From NCBI GenBank assembly GCA_964106915.2, contig OZ066916.1: a stretch of 64,000 nucleotides of DNA; one strand, 5' to 3'. Below the pieces are notes generated by a model, which ran no database searches, was not told where the DNA came from, and saw only the letters and a program-made list of their open reading frames with translations. Position 1 is the stretch's first letter. Every line of letters begins with the position of its first letter. Positions 53,131-64,000 of this stretch are shown one piece after another. Source of the DNA: Podarcis gaigeae. Taxonomy: Eukaryota. Made by a program: the position numbers and the translations under genes.

Positions 53131-53421
53131 CTATTCACAAGTATTTTGGATAACAATCAGAAGATATTCCTTATCTGGGGCAACCATGATTTCATGGTCC
53201 TTTGATCTAATCCCGAGAAAGGTTAGATCAGTCTGGGGATCAATAACTCTCACTGTGCTTTTTGCTTTCATCATGAGCTGATGAAGGAGACCAGCGTATT
53301 GTACTGTAGTTGAGTTGTCAAGAGTGGTTCTGATTGGGATGCCTTCTGCATTTACGACAATAGTTCCATTAACTCTTTTATGTGACTGGATCCTTTTTAA
53401 AGTTTCTTCTACCTCTGCCAC
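53131..53421 (-). pseudogene. DYNLRB2: Intronless processed copy of dynein light chain roadblock-type 2, antisense in an ADGRB3 intron
   Basis: 96-codon frame (M)[14 protein letters not shown]...[16 protein letters not shown] colinear with DYNLRB2, no introns. The start codon is GTG (plus strand cac, 53419-53421). Minus-strand AATAAA at 52958-52963 and 52928-52933. Confidence 0.92.
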
Positions 53422-53945
53422 TGCTCAGCTGGGAAGGCTCAAAGGCCTCCATTTTCTAAATATCTCAAGAGTTGTACCAAACTTCTAAGTGCCCAAGCAA
53501 TGCCTAAAATTGATTTGAATAAATATCTGATAAATATTTAAGTCACAAAGTCTAGTTTGTCTTAATTCTTTGCAAACAATTATAATGCATGATTAAAACA
53601 TGTTCCAACTCGGGTGTTAAAAAGGAGCAACCTGAGTGGTCCACCAGCTTTTCAGGCCTGAAATTTGAGAAAGTGTCATGAAGAGAATAAAATGGTGGCC
53701 TTGATAAGTGTGGCTAGTCAAAATTTGTGGCCACAACTAAATACCTATTTTCATAGATAGTATGGTGAGGCTGAAAGGGAAGACGCGTACCCAAAAAATT
53801 GAGTACAAGATAGTTTGGATCTGAGACCCAAATACCAAGCCACATATTTGACTCCACATAGCATCCCAAATCATCAGTCTAGCAGAAAGCAAAATGCGTA
53901 GGCTGGGAGATAGTTCACCTATTGCCCTGCTCTTCTCACCCCACC

Positions 53946-54186
53946 TGCCAACCTAGCAGTTTGAAAGAATGTCAAAGTGCAAGTAGATAAATAGGTACTG
54001 CTCTGGCAGGAAGGTAAATGGCGTTTCCGTGCTCTGCTCTGGTTTGCCAGAAGCAGCTTAGTCATGCTGGCCACATGACCCGGAAGCTGTACGCCAGCTC
54101 CCTTGGCCAATAAAGCAAGATGAGCGCCGCAACCCCAGAGTCGGTCACGACTGGACCTAATGGTCAGGGGTCCCTTTACCTTTACC
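53946..54186 (+). mobile_element. Sauria SINE subtype B, 5'-truncated
   Basis: Starts at tgccaacctagcag; TSD tctcaccccacc (53934-53945 / 54187-54198). Confidence 0.92.
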
Positions 54187-55399
54187 TCTCACCCCACCAC
54201 ACACCACTTCCTAACTTCATCTGCCCCAACTGCCTTTCCTGTCAACCCCTGCCCAACAAAGAGCTGGGGTAAAAAAGTGTGAGACTAGCAGCGCCATCCC
54301 ATGTTCCCCTGGATGGCTTTTGGCAGAATTAGATTCTCTAAGCTGGAATCTAGCCCAGAATTCATCAGATTCCAGCATATCTCTTTAGAAACAGGCCCCA
54401 GAACAACTGCTATGTTTCTAGTATGTCCTGCAATGCACATTGATTACATCATGACATTAAGTTGATTCATAACACTTTGCAGTCTTTGGATATGTGCAAG
54501 GAGTTCATAAAGCTTAAAAAATTTTTTTTTACAAAGCATGCTAAGTATTTAAGTATAGGGAAGGTAAACTATGTCAGCAATGGCACACATAAATGTTTGT
54601 GGGCCATGCCAGGTCTTGCATGTGTGTGGTGAGGATGCATATTTGAGGTTCAGAGATGTTGGCATTGCATGCACCAAAGTCTCTGAAGCAGCATGCACAT
54701 CAGTGATGGTGTCAGTCCTTGACATGGCACAAACTTCCACAAAGGTAATCATAATAATAATAAATTTTTATTTATACCCCGCCCTTCCCGGTTTAAAATC
54801 CGGGCTCAGGGCAGCTAACAGCAAATATAAAACATTGTTTAAAATGTGAATTTAAAACAGCATAGAATACAACATAAAATGCAGCATTAATATCAATAAA
54901 ATTCAAAAATTCAGGGGTCATTTTTTTTGGGGGGGGGGAAACCCCAGTCAGTAGACATTGAATGATCACCAGGGCTAACTGGTCCTACTAGGGCCAGCAA
55001 GGATGTGTGGGAATAAGAATTTAAATGTCGGGTCCCAGAAAGGGTTTCTTCATAGAAGAGGAAAGGGAAAAGGGAATAGAGGATCAGGCTAAATCAAAGG
55101 TGGAATAGCTCTGTCTTACAGGCCCTGCGGAAGGAGATCAAGTCTGGTACAAGGACTGGTAAAGTCAAAATACAAAAGCCCACTAAACCCTTAACAATGT
55201 GCTCAGTACTTTACTGGGGGAAAAAATTTCAGATCCATTCCCACTTGTTTGCTGTAGTTGATAAAGGCCCAGCAGAGGTAACTTTGACTCCAGCTTTTCC
55301 AGTGATAATGGATTCTTTCCCATTTGTACAGCCCAAGAATGTGAAGGGATCCTTGGAGAGCTACCACATGTGTGCTAGATCGTTGCCCTTCCTGTCTCA

Positions 55400-55803
55400 T
55401 TAAATAGGCCACTGGGGAACTGGCCAAGCAGGTAAAGGGAGTGGTCAGTGCCTCCTTACATACAACAAGTCAGGATCCTAGTATGCCTAAAGAAGGCAGT
55501 GTTAAGACCTCTATTGAAAAATCCTTCCCTGAATCCCACCATATTGGATAATTATCAGCAGTTTCCAGCGCTGCATTTCTGGGCTAGGTTACTAGAGCAT
55601 GTGGTGGAGTCCCATCTCCAGGGGTTTGGGGATGAGATGGATTATCTAGATCCATTTCACTCTAGTTCCAAACCTGGTTGTGGAACAGAAGCCTCTTGGT
55701 CCCCTAGGTGGATGACTTGCACCAGGAATTGGACAAGGGGAGTGTGTGCCTGTTGGATCTACTGGACCTTTCAGCGGCTTTCCTTACCATCACCCACAGT
55801 ATC
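55400..55803 (+). mobile_element. Decayed L2/CR1-group RT fragment
   Basis: LKKAVLRPLLKNPSLNP...LDPFHSSSKPGCGTE and, after a frameshift, LLDLSAAFLTITH (the LDLSAAFDTVDH RT motif). Confidence 0.8.
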
Positions 55804-55956
55804 CTCTCCATTCAACCCTTGAGCTCTCCCGAGGCCTATAAGCAAATCCACACTGGATTTCCCCCATGTAGACTATATGCAAACATTCAAGTGGAATATC
55901 TAGAGGAGCGGCAGGCAAGCCTAGTGGAATAATTCCACTGTCCACCCATGAATAGT

Positions 55957-56318
55957 AAGTAAAGGTAAAGGTACCCCTGCCCGTACGGGCCAGTCTTGAC
56001 AGACTCTGGGGTTGTGCGCCCATCTCACTTAAGAGGCCAGGGGCCAGCACTGTCCGGAGACACTTCCGGGTCACGTGGCCAGCGTGACATCGCTGCTCTG
56101 GCGAGCCAGAGCCACACACGGAAACGCCGTTTACCTTCCCGCTGGTAAGCGGTCCCTATTTATCTACTTGCACCCGGAGGTGCTTTCGAACTGCTAGGTT
56201 GGCAGGTGCTGGGACCGAGCAGCGGGAGCGCACCCCGCCGCAGGGATTCGAATTGCCGACCTTTCGATCGGCAAGTCCTAGGCGCTGAGGCTTTCACCCA
56301 CAGCGCCACCTGCGTCCC
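55957..56318 (-). mobile_element. Sauria SINE subtype A, full length
   Basis: Near-identical reverse complement of 7644-8007; perfect TSD acccatgaatagt (55944-55956 / 56319-56331). Confidence 0.94.
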
Positions 56319-56391
56319 ACCCATGAATAGTGCCTACCCACAAATAATATTATTCAGACAGGGCCTCTCATTTAGTACCATCAGTGCCCTA

Positions 56392-56742
56392 AAAAGGTAA
56401 AGGGACCCCTGACCATTAGGTCCAGTCGTGGCCGACTCTGGGGTTGCGGCGCTCATCTCGCTTTATTGGCTGAGGGAGCCGGCGTACAGCTTCCGGGTCA
56501 TGTGACCAACATGACTAAGCCGCTTCTGGTGCACCAGAGCAGCGCACAGAAACACTGTTCACCTTTCTCCGGAGCGGTACCTATTTATCTACTTACACTT
56601 TGACCTGCTTTCGAACGGCTAGGTTGGCAGGAGCTGGGACTGAGTAACGGGAGCTCACCCCGTTGCAGGGATTCAAACCGCCAACCTTCTGATCTGCAAG
56701 TCCTAGGCTCTGTGGTTTAACCCGCAGCGCCACCCGCGTCCC
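56392..56742 (-). mobile_element. Sauria SINE subtype B, full length
   Basis: Reverse complement of the 24200/47001 type; no clear TSD. Confidence 0.92.
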
Positions 56743-57756
56743 TAGATGTTGCAAAATTCTTAATAGGAGAGAAAACAACATCAGCATTTGAGAATATGGG
56801 GGGGGTACCACTAATTCTGTTTTTTAGAGCTTGTTGGCTTAAAATCACATTGCTTTTTAGATGTTTTGCATTGTGCTAATAAGACATTTAAAGCTAAATT
56901 AAAATCAATAAGGCTCTCTCATTTTTAACATGAAAGCCTTTTCTTGTGGCCTTTAATTAACCTTTTAGAAGTATGGACACATTTAGGGGATCTCTGTGTT
57001 AGCCTTGTAATCTTTTATGCTTCCAGAGGTGTTGGGAAGGGAATAATTATAGAAATGAAGTTATCTCTTTAGGGAGGAATATTGTAGGTTAAGCTCCTTC
57101 TCATCTCATATTCACACTCTGTTTTATAATGGGCTATATATTACTGCTGTTCCAGTGATGCAGTGTAGGATATTAGAGGGGTGTGTTACATATTTTCTGG
57201 CAAATATATATCCCCAATGTAAATTCAATGAAGAGTTTCCCCACTGCCTTGATATTGAAGACTGGATTGAGTCTTTAGAATTGTCTATCCCATTTCTAAT
57301 TAGTCAGTTTGCACTTGTGAATTTTCTAATTAAAGGTTTATTCACATTATGATGCCACTTAATGGCTTTCCAGCAATTTCGGAGAAGGGTTTTAACTCAG
57401 TTGTGGAGCACATGCAGGGCATACAGAATGTCACAGGTTCAGTCCCTGGCATCTCCAGGTATGGCTGATAATGGTCCCCTGCCTGAAATCAGTGTACACA
57501 GTCCTAAGCTAAATGGAAGAATGGTTTGGCATGATATGCAGCAACTTCCTATAGTCTATGTTCAGGAAAGGCCTCTTTGTTACCTGTTTTAAATCACCCT
57601 ATAGCCCAAATTCAACCAACATTCAACTGGCATGCATCCAGAAAGTCCATCAAAACCTTCATTATGTGAAATCCTCACCCCAGTTCAATCCCCTCTAAAA
57701 ATAAGTTATGAAGACAGGTGTTTGATATGAAATGTAATGGTAGTATATTACTAGAC

Positions 57757-58002
57757 TGTTATGTACTGAAGTTCTCACCCTGGGCCAGCAGGGGGATACT
57801 GTAGATAGTTATGCAAATGAAGGATCGAAAGTGACATTCAGTGATTGGCTAGTTACAGAAAATGGTTACTGTTTCATTCTAGTGGAGCTCTATATAAGCA
57901 GGCTGACTGAGCTCCTCAGTTCAGTTCTGTTCCAGCTTACAAATAAAGAGCTGCTTTGGAAGAATCACTGTGTCATCTGATATGTTTGCCCACAACTTAA
58001 CA
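57757..58002 (+). mobile_element. Solo LTR (246 bp) of an LTR retrotransposon; superfamily not determined
   Basis: TGTTA...TAACA termini; perfect 5-bp TSD TAGAC (57752-57756 / 58003-58007); ATTGG 57844-57848, TATATAA 57891-57897 and AATAAA 57942-57947 in U3-R-U5 order. Confidence 0.88.
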
Positions 58003-58241
58003 TAGACAATCCACAGTGTGTGGTGTGTCAGTTGCAGAAACAGGGAAGGTGAACACCACAGTGTACTAAGAGATTTTGTTATTAAAGTTTTGGCAACAAT
58101 TGGTTTAGCTGCCATGTTGCCATGAATATATATAATTAATGGAATTAACATTGACAAACTTTAAGTATGTTTAGACGTAACTGCGGTGCAGAACTGGTTT
58201 TTTGAGTAGTTTTATGTGTCTTCTGTAGAAGTAGGGTACTA

Positions 58242-58483
58242 CAGTGGCACCTCAGGTTACATATGCTTCAGGTTACATACGCTTCAGGTTACAGACTCCG
58301 CTAACCCAGAAATAGTGCTTCAGGTTAAGAACTTTGCTTCAGGATAAGAACAGAAATCAAGCTCCAGCGGCGTGGCAGCAGCAGGAGGCCCCATTAGCTA
58401 AAGCGGTGCTTCAGGTTAAGAACAGTTTCAGCTTAAGAACGGACCTCCGGAACGAATTAAGTACTTAACCCGAGATACCACTG
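58242..58483. mobile_element. Tigger/pogo-like MITE, same family and orientation as 31701-31940
   Basis: TA|cagtggcacctcaggtta ... taacccgagataccactg|TA. Confidence 0.88.
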
Positions 58484-59727
58484 TATGCACATACCAAGAT
58501 TATATTGGTAGTGATGAAGTATTTAAACTCTTCTCTGCAGTAATATGCATTATGAATGATTACTTGGAAACAAATTCCAGGGTGTTCAAAAAGAGTCAGT
58601 GATCTTTAGCATGTGCTTAGGAGAGGACCTCCATTATGACATAATCTGGAGCTGCTTTCATGATGTAGTTGTGAAAGTGAAAACCTTTCCCCCCCACTTA
58701 TAATCAAGTGTGAAGGATTGGTGTGTGTGTGTTTGATCATATGAATTTTAACTTTAATCAGCCACTGTGCAAAGTCACTGAGTGATGTGAAAAGCTTTCC
58801 TCCCCATGTGGAGATGTAAAATATGGAAGACAGAAAGGTTAGTATTTTAAATATTTATTCACACAATGCAGAAGGGATGTGCTTCAGCCTCCAAAGAGTA
58901 TTCAGGATTTGAGCACAGATTTATTTGTGGTTTGGCACTCTCACGTCACATTCACAACAACGGGTCTAGACACAAGATGACCAGACTATGCCCTGGCTTT
59001 GAAAACTTAGATTTATTTTGACAGCTAATATTCAGAATACCAGCATGCCATAATTTCTGAAGAACTGAGGGCTAGATTATGCATCACAAACATTGAGTTT
59101 GTGTGCTTAACTCTTCCTGCATCTGCCTCCTTCCTCCCATAGTTTCTCCCTCCAGATCCTGTTAATCTGCTTGGATTTCTGGGTGTATGTATGTTATGTC
59201 ACAGGGGGAAATGGACCCAGGCAGCAGATGAAGAAAAAAAGAGGCAGGTGGGAGAAAGGTTAAGACCCTTCTATCCACCACTTCCCCACCCCTAGGAAAT
59301 CATGTTTACCCCCACATTGCTTTGCAGCCATTTGGCAGAAACCCAGGTTCCCATATGTCTTGTTCAGCCCTTAATGACACCTGTTATGAGGGTCAGTACA
59401 GTGCGTGGCAGCACCTTAAGCAGCCATCCTACTACTGCTCTCATCTGTCACTCCTACACCTCTCCTCCCTTACTTTTAAATTGTTTTGCCATTGACAATG
59501 TGGGGGTAGCATGGGAAGTCTCTCCACTTTCTGTGAGCGAGGGGGTCCTTCCTCAGAATGAGGCATTATGGGTAAGGTGGTCCTGGAGAGTGCCTGTGCC
59601 ACTGCCACTTTGTCAGGACAACTAGAAATTCTCTTTACAGATTAGCTGGAGGTTTAAAGTTATTTTAGTATTTTTAGCTCTCTCTCTTTTCTAAATAAGC
59701 ATTTCTAGCTGCTGAGGTAAAGCTAGT

Positions 59728-59984
59728 GAGAGCCGTGTGATGTAGTGGTTAAGAGCGGTAGACTCGTAATCTGGTGAACCGGGTTTGCGTCTCCGCTCCT
59801 CCACATGCAGCTGCTGGGTGACCTTGGGCCAATCACACTTCTCTGAAGTCTCTCAGCCTCACTCACCTCACAGAGTGTTTGTTGTGGGGGAGGAAGGAAA
59901 AAGTGATTGTTAGCTGCTTTGAGACTCCTTCAGGTAGTGATAAAGCGGGATATCAAGTCCAAACTCTTCTCTTCTTCTTCTTCT
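59728..59984 (+). mobile_element. tRNA-derived CORE-type SINE (Squam3-like)
   Basis: A-box tgtagtggtt, B-box-like gggtttgcgtctcc, CORE-like gctgggtgaccttgggc, (ctt)n tail. Family name is from memory. Confidence 0.8.
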
Positions 59985-62077
59985 CCTCATGGTCACCTCA
60001 GCTATAAGACCTTGCCCTTAGAAAGATACATGAGGATGAGATGGGCACTTTGCAGAACACTTTGACAGGAGTCTTTCTCAGATGGGTGGCTGTTGCAGCA
60101 GTGGCCAGCCACGATCATCATCATCGTTTTTTATTTGTATGCCTCCTTTCTATAGTTAAAAAACAATGCTCAAGGCAGCTTGCAGCATAACAAGATTTAC
60201 CTAATTACAAAAGTCATAAACAATAAATAAACCACATTAAAAAAATACAGAAGCAAATGGGAAACAATTTCCACATAAATAAAAATCTAAAACTAAGAAT
60301 ACAGCATTAATGTCACAGTTTAAAATGACATAGGTAAAAAATAACAGCAATTTAAACAAAAACAAAAACAAAATGGAGTCCGTTCTGCCCAGCAGCGGCG
60401 GTGGCGGCGGCAGCAGTCCTTTATAGAGTCCATCAGTCCCTGCCCTAGGCCAGGTGTTGAGTGGCAGGACTGGGGCCCTCAGGCACTGAGCAGCGGAGTA
60501 ATGTTGCAATAATTCGCTGTTCCCCAGCTCCCACTGCTGAGGCAGTTGTCTCATTTCACCTCATGATAGGGCCAGCCCTGTCTAGCAACATCTATTTTCA
60601 TTTTGAAAAGGTGATTGGAACAGAAGGAATATAGAATGAATATATTGTGTTCACGTTTGGTTAAGCACAGTGCAAAAAACAGTACAGTTTGGCTTCTTTT
60701 TGACCTTGGATCAATCTGAAGGCCTGCATTTTAAAATGTAAATAGTAACAGGATAATTGACAGACTATGGATAAACCTGGATTACTTATTAAAAAAAAAG
60801 TTATCAAAACTGAGCCCAACTTTTACAGCTAAAGATAGAAGTGGTATAAATGGATTGAAGTATTTATTGTGGTTAAAAATAGAGTTTTGAGAATAACTTG
60901 AAAGAAACCAATTGACAGAAAATGTGGTATTTAAAAGCTACCTAGTACAATCCTAGATGTGGACTGTCCAAGATGTGGTTCATGTAAATATATTCCAGTA
61001 AGCAGGCTATAGAAACTAATAACTTAAGCTCAAAAAGGTTGAGAAAAGTATATTTTTATATTTCAGTTTCTACTTCTGACAGAAAAAAGTGTGTAATGGC
61101 ATTTACAAGGCTGAAACTTTTAATTGGTTTACCGGGTAGAATAGGATTGTGCTGCATAGGTTTGGTTTATTCATTATTGGCGGGCAATGTTAATTAATGA
61201 GACAAAATTTGTGAAGAAACGATTCAGGGACACAATTGTTTGCTCTTGTAGTTAAGACCATTTTGGTACTGGCCACATAACAGGGAATGAAAGACAAAAT
61301 AAGAAAAATGGCCTTTCTTCAACAATGGATTGCAACTTTTGCTTAACAGATGGTAGCTTTTCTTAACACTTTAGAAAGGCCTGCATGGTTGTGATAACAT
61401 GTGAACTGATTGCCATAGCTGGCAACCTCACTAGTCCATACAGTTCAATATACAAGTTTGTGTCCTTATAGCACTCCATCTGTTAAAAAAATCATTTTAG
61501 ATAAGGGGATTTTTTTTTAACATACTCATTTTGAAATGTATGCAATGCATTATAAACCCATACATCCGGGGGATGGGATAAATGATAAATTTGCTTCCTA
61601 GAAAATCTCTCTCATGTGAGCATTTCTGTTACCACAGATGCTCATATTCTATCTTTAAGGTAACTGCAGCAGCCAACAGAATTTAAAATGACCAATGGAA
61701 ACAAAATGTCCCTGATAAGTTCATTTGAGTATTGACAGAAGTATACTGGTACAGGTGAAAGCCAAAAGAAATCACAAACCCACAACTGTTATTTTTTACT
61801 TGGGCAGGGGTAGCCAACATGGTACCCTCCAGAGGTTTTAGACTCCCACTTCCATCAACCCCAACCAGCATGTCCATTAGTCAGGGATGATGGGAGTTGT
61901 AGTCCACAACGTCTGAAGAGCAGAACATGTGCTACTGCCAACAGAGGGGGACTCTCAGTTACCATGTTTCAGCTGCAAGCCTTATATAAAGTAGCATCAT
62001 ACATACTACAAAGTTTTTACTGCGTTGCATGCTATATATTTCTGTTATATAAGCTCATTGTCTTCTTGAATTTTCAG

Positions 62078-62146
62078 AACTTCTTTCAAATAGTTAGTAA
62101 CCTTCTGGATGAAGAGAACAAAGAGAAATGGGAAGATGCGCAGCAG
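62078..62146 (+). CDS. ADGRB3: ADGRB3 GAIN-region exon (69 nt, phase 0-0)
   Basis: aattttcAG|AAC TTC TTT CAA ... GCG CAG CAG|GTaaat; [23 protein letters not shown]. Confidence 0.96.
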
Positions 62147-63320
62147 GTAAATTTGTATAGATTTACCAGTCATTTGCTGTTGGAAACTTTCCCCCTTACC
62201 TGACCTAGAGAGAATGACATTACTTGTGTGCATTATTTAAGTGGTTATTTATCATTGGATTAAAACAGGCAAATTATTTAGAACCGAATGCTTGTCCGAA
62301 CAAATAGGTTTTCAATACCCACACACACTTGGAAAAGGAAGGTGCTTGTTGGACCACATTAGAGAGAGCATTCCAAGCTTTTGGTGCACCTACCTTTCTT
62401 ACAGGTGATGAGACAGAGAGCATGGCATCTCTATCAAACTCATGGTTTGAACAGAGAGAAAGTAGTTCTTCAGCATTAAAGGTTAATGCCATGACTTTAA
62501 ATTGAACTTGGCAATAAATAGATAACCAATATACATGACCTAAGTTCCCATTGTCTGTTTTGGCAGGAGATTCTGGACTTACGAAAGAAAGACCTTCAGA
62601 TAGCACATAGTTAATCTTAGGAACTTTGTTTCTGCAGGACGGGTGGTGAACACTATCTTAGATGGGGATTAGACAAATTCATGGAGGTTAAGGTGATCAA
62701 TAGCTATTATTCATAATGTATATATTTCAGGCATTATAGGTTCAGAGGCAGCATGCCTTTGAATTTCAGCTGTTGGGAAACAACAGTGGGAGAGGGATGC
62801 TGTGCCCTTGACACTTCTTAGTGGGCTTCCAATAGGCAACTGATGGGCCACTGTGGGAAGCAGGATGTTAAGACTAAGTGGGCATTTCTTCTGATCCAGC
62901 AAGGCTGCTCCTATGTAGTCATGCAGTCTGTGAAAATACATTTGCCAAGAGCATCCCTGTTTTACCCCAGCGTTGATAAAAATATGTTCAAATATAATTC
63001 CAAAGAATCCGACTCCTCCTCACATTTTAAAAGCTATAGCAGCCATTCATACAAGTATGTGTACATGGTGCATGCACATGCAGACAACCTTCACAACTGC
63101 ATAAACTGCATGCATTTGAAATAGATATTCTTATTTTATCAAGCTTTGTACGGCTGCTGTTTTATTAATGCTGTTTTTGAAGCTGTTTCTTAATGTCATG
63201 GTAATGTATGTATATTTTAACTTTTTATTCTACTTTTGCTGCAAGTTGCCCTGGATGCCCTTAACAGGTAGAAGGAAAAGGCATAAGCTTTCAGTAAATA
63301 AATAAATCCCTGCCAAAAAG

Positions 63321-64000
63321 TTAGGACATTTGGCTCCTAAGGTTAGGAAAGTGGAAATCTGCCCAAAGACCTGCTCCGATCATAACGCGTTGAAAATGGA
63401 CATGACACTATTACCAACCGGCTCCTTTAGATGGAAGATGAATGACAACTTGTTTAGAGATCAGGAGATTATTAAGAAGGCCAAAAAAACAATAAAGGAC
63501 TACTTTGAGATAAATTTGAACACTGCAGTGGAAAAAAGAACAATCTGGGACGCAAGCAAAGCTGTGATGAGAGGGTTCTTGATACAACAGAACGCCATAA
63601 AGAAAAGACTACAAAATGAGAAAAAGGATAAGATTTTGGGGAAAATTAAAGAGTTAGAGAAGAAACTAAGAGCAAATCCGAAGTCACAGCCGATCTTGAG
63701 AGAAATTAAACTTCATCAGGCACAATATTCCAAACTGATAAATCAGGAAATAGAATGGAAGATTAAATTAATGAAACAAAAAACATTTGAATCGGCTAAC
63801 AAATGTGGGAAACTGCTGGCTTGGCAGTTGAAGAAGAGACAAAAGTTGAACATAGTAACAAATTTGGAAACAGAAGGAAGATATATTCAGAACCCGGTGG
63901 AAATTAGAAAATGTTTCCAGAAATATTTTAAGAAATTATACACTCAAGGGCCACAAAATGAGGAAGAGATTGCAAAATTTTTGGAGAAAAGTGGACTTAA
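63321..64000 (+). mobile_element. 5'-truncated L1-clade LINE, ORF2 (end of APE endonuclease plus linker), frame open to the window end
   Basis: Stop-free translation ...VEICPKTCSDHNALK...FRWKMNDNLF...IWDASKAVMRG...NKCGKLLAWQLK...FQKYFKKLY...; SDH, WDAxKAVxRG and GKLLA are L1 ORF2 motifs; A-rich sense strand. Confidence 0.92.

Noticed and set aside
53450-53452. Upstream ATG rescuing the DYNLRB2 retrocopy as an N-extended protein
   Set aside because: It is 31 nt upstream of the GTG, hence out of frame, and terminates after about 24 codons.
1-63124. Most of the short ORFs in the six-frame track
   Set aside because: No recognisable domains; many start at TTG/GTG, span N-runs or microsatellites, or are translations of SINEs and MITEs in intronic DNA.

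Overview
Vertebrate (squamate, most likely lacertid lizard, inferred from the Sauria-type SINE subfamilies) genomic DNA, AT-rich and mostly intronic. The window lies inside ADGRB3 (BAI3, adhesion GPCR B3) on the + strand. Six complete exons are readable with canonical AG/GT boundaries (TSR2, TSR3, TSR4, the first hormone-binding-domain exon and two GAIN-region exons), plus the start of the TSR1 exon. The three N-runs (156, 156 and 164 nt) sit on exon positions: one certainly, one required by reading-frame logic, one plausibly. The introns carry eight Sauria SINEs of at least three subtypes (most with target-site duplications, TSDs), a CORE-type SINE, Tc2-, Tigger- and hAT-type MITEs, CR1 and L2 fragments, a 246-bp solo LTR with a 5-bp TSD, an antisense intronless DYNLRB2 retrocopy (full 96-codon frame, ATG->GTG) and a young 5'-truncated L1 with open ORF2 running off the 3' end. 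The most unusual element is a TSD-flanked Penelope-like insertion just upstream of the 48833 exon. It is a 58-bp near-perfect palindrome whose arms each encode a minimal hammerhead ribozyme, one per strand. Most ORFs in the supplied track are spurious. Exon numbers follow my recollection of the human gene and are inference.
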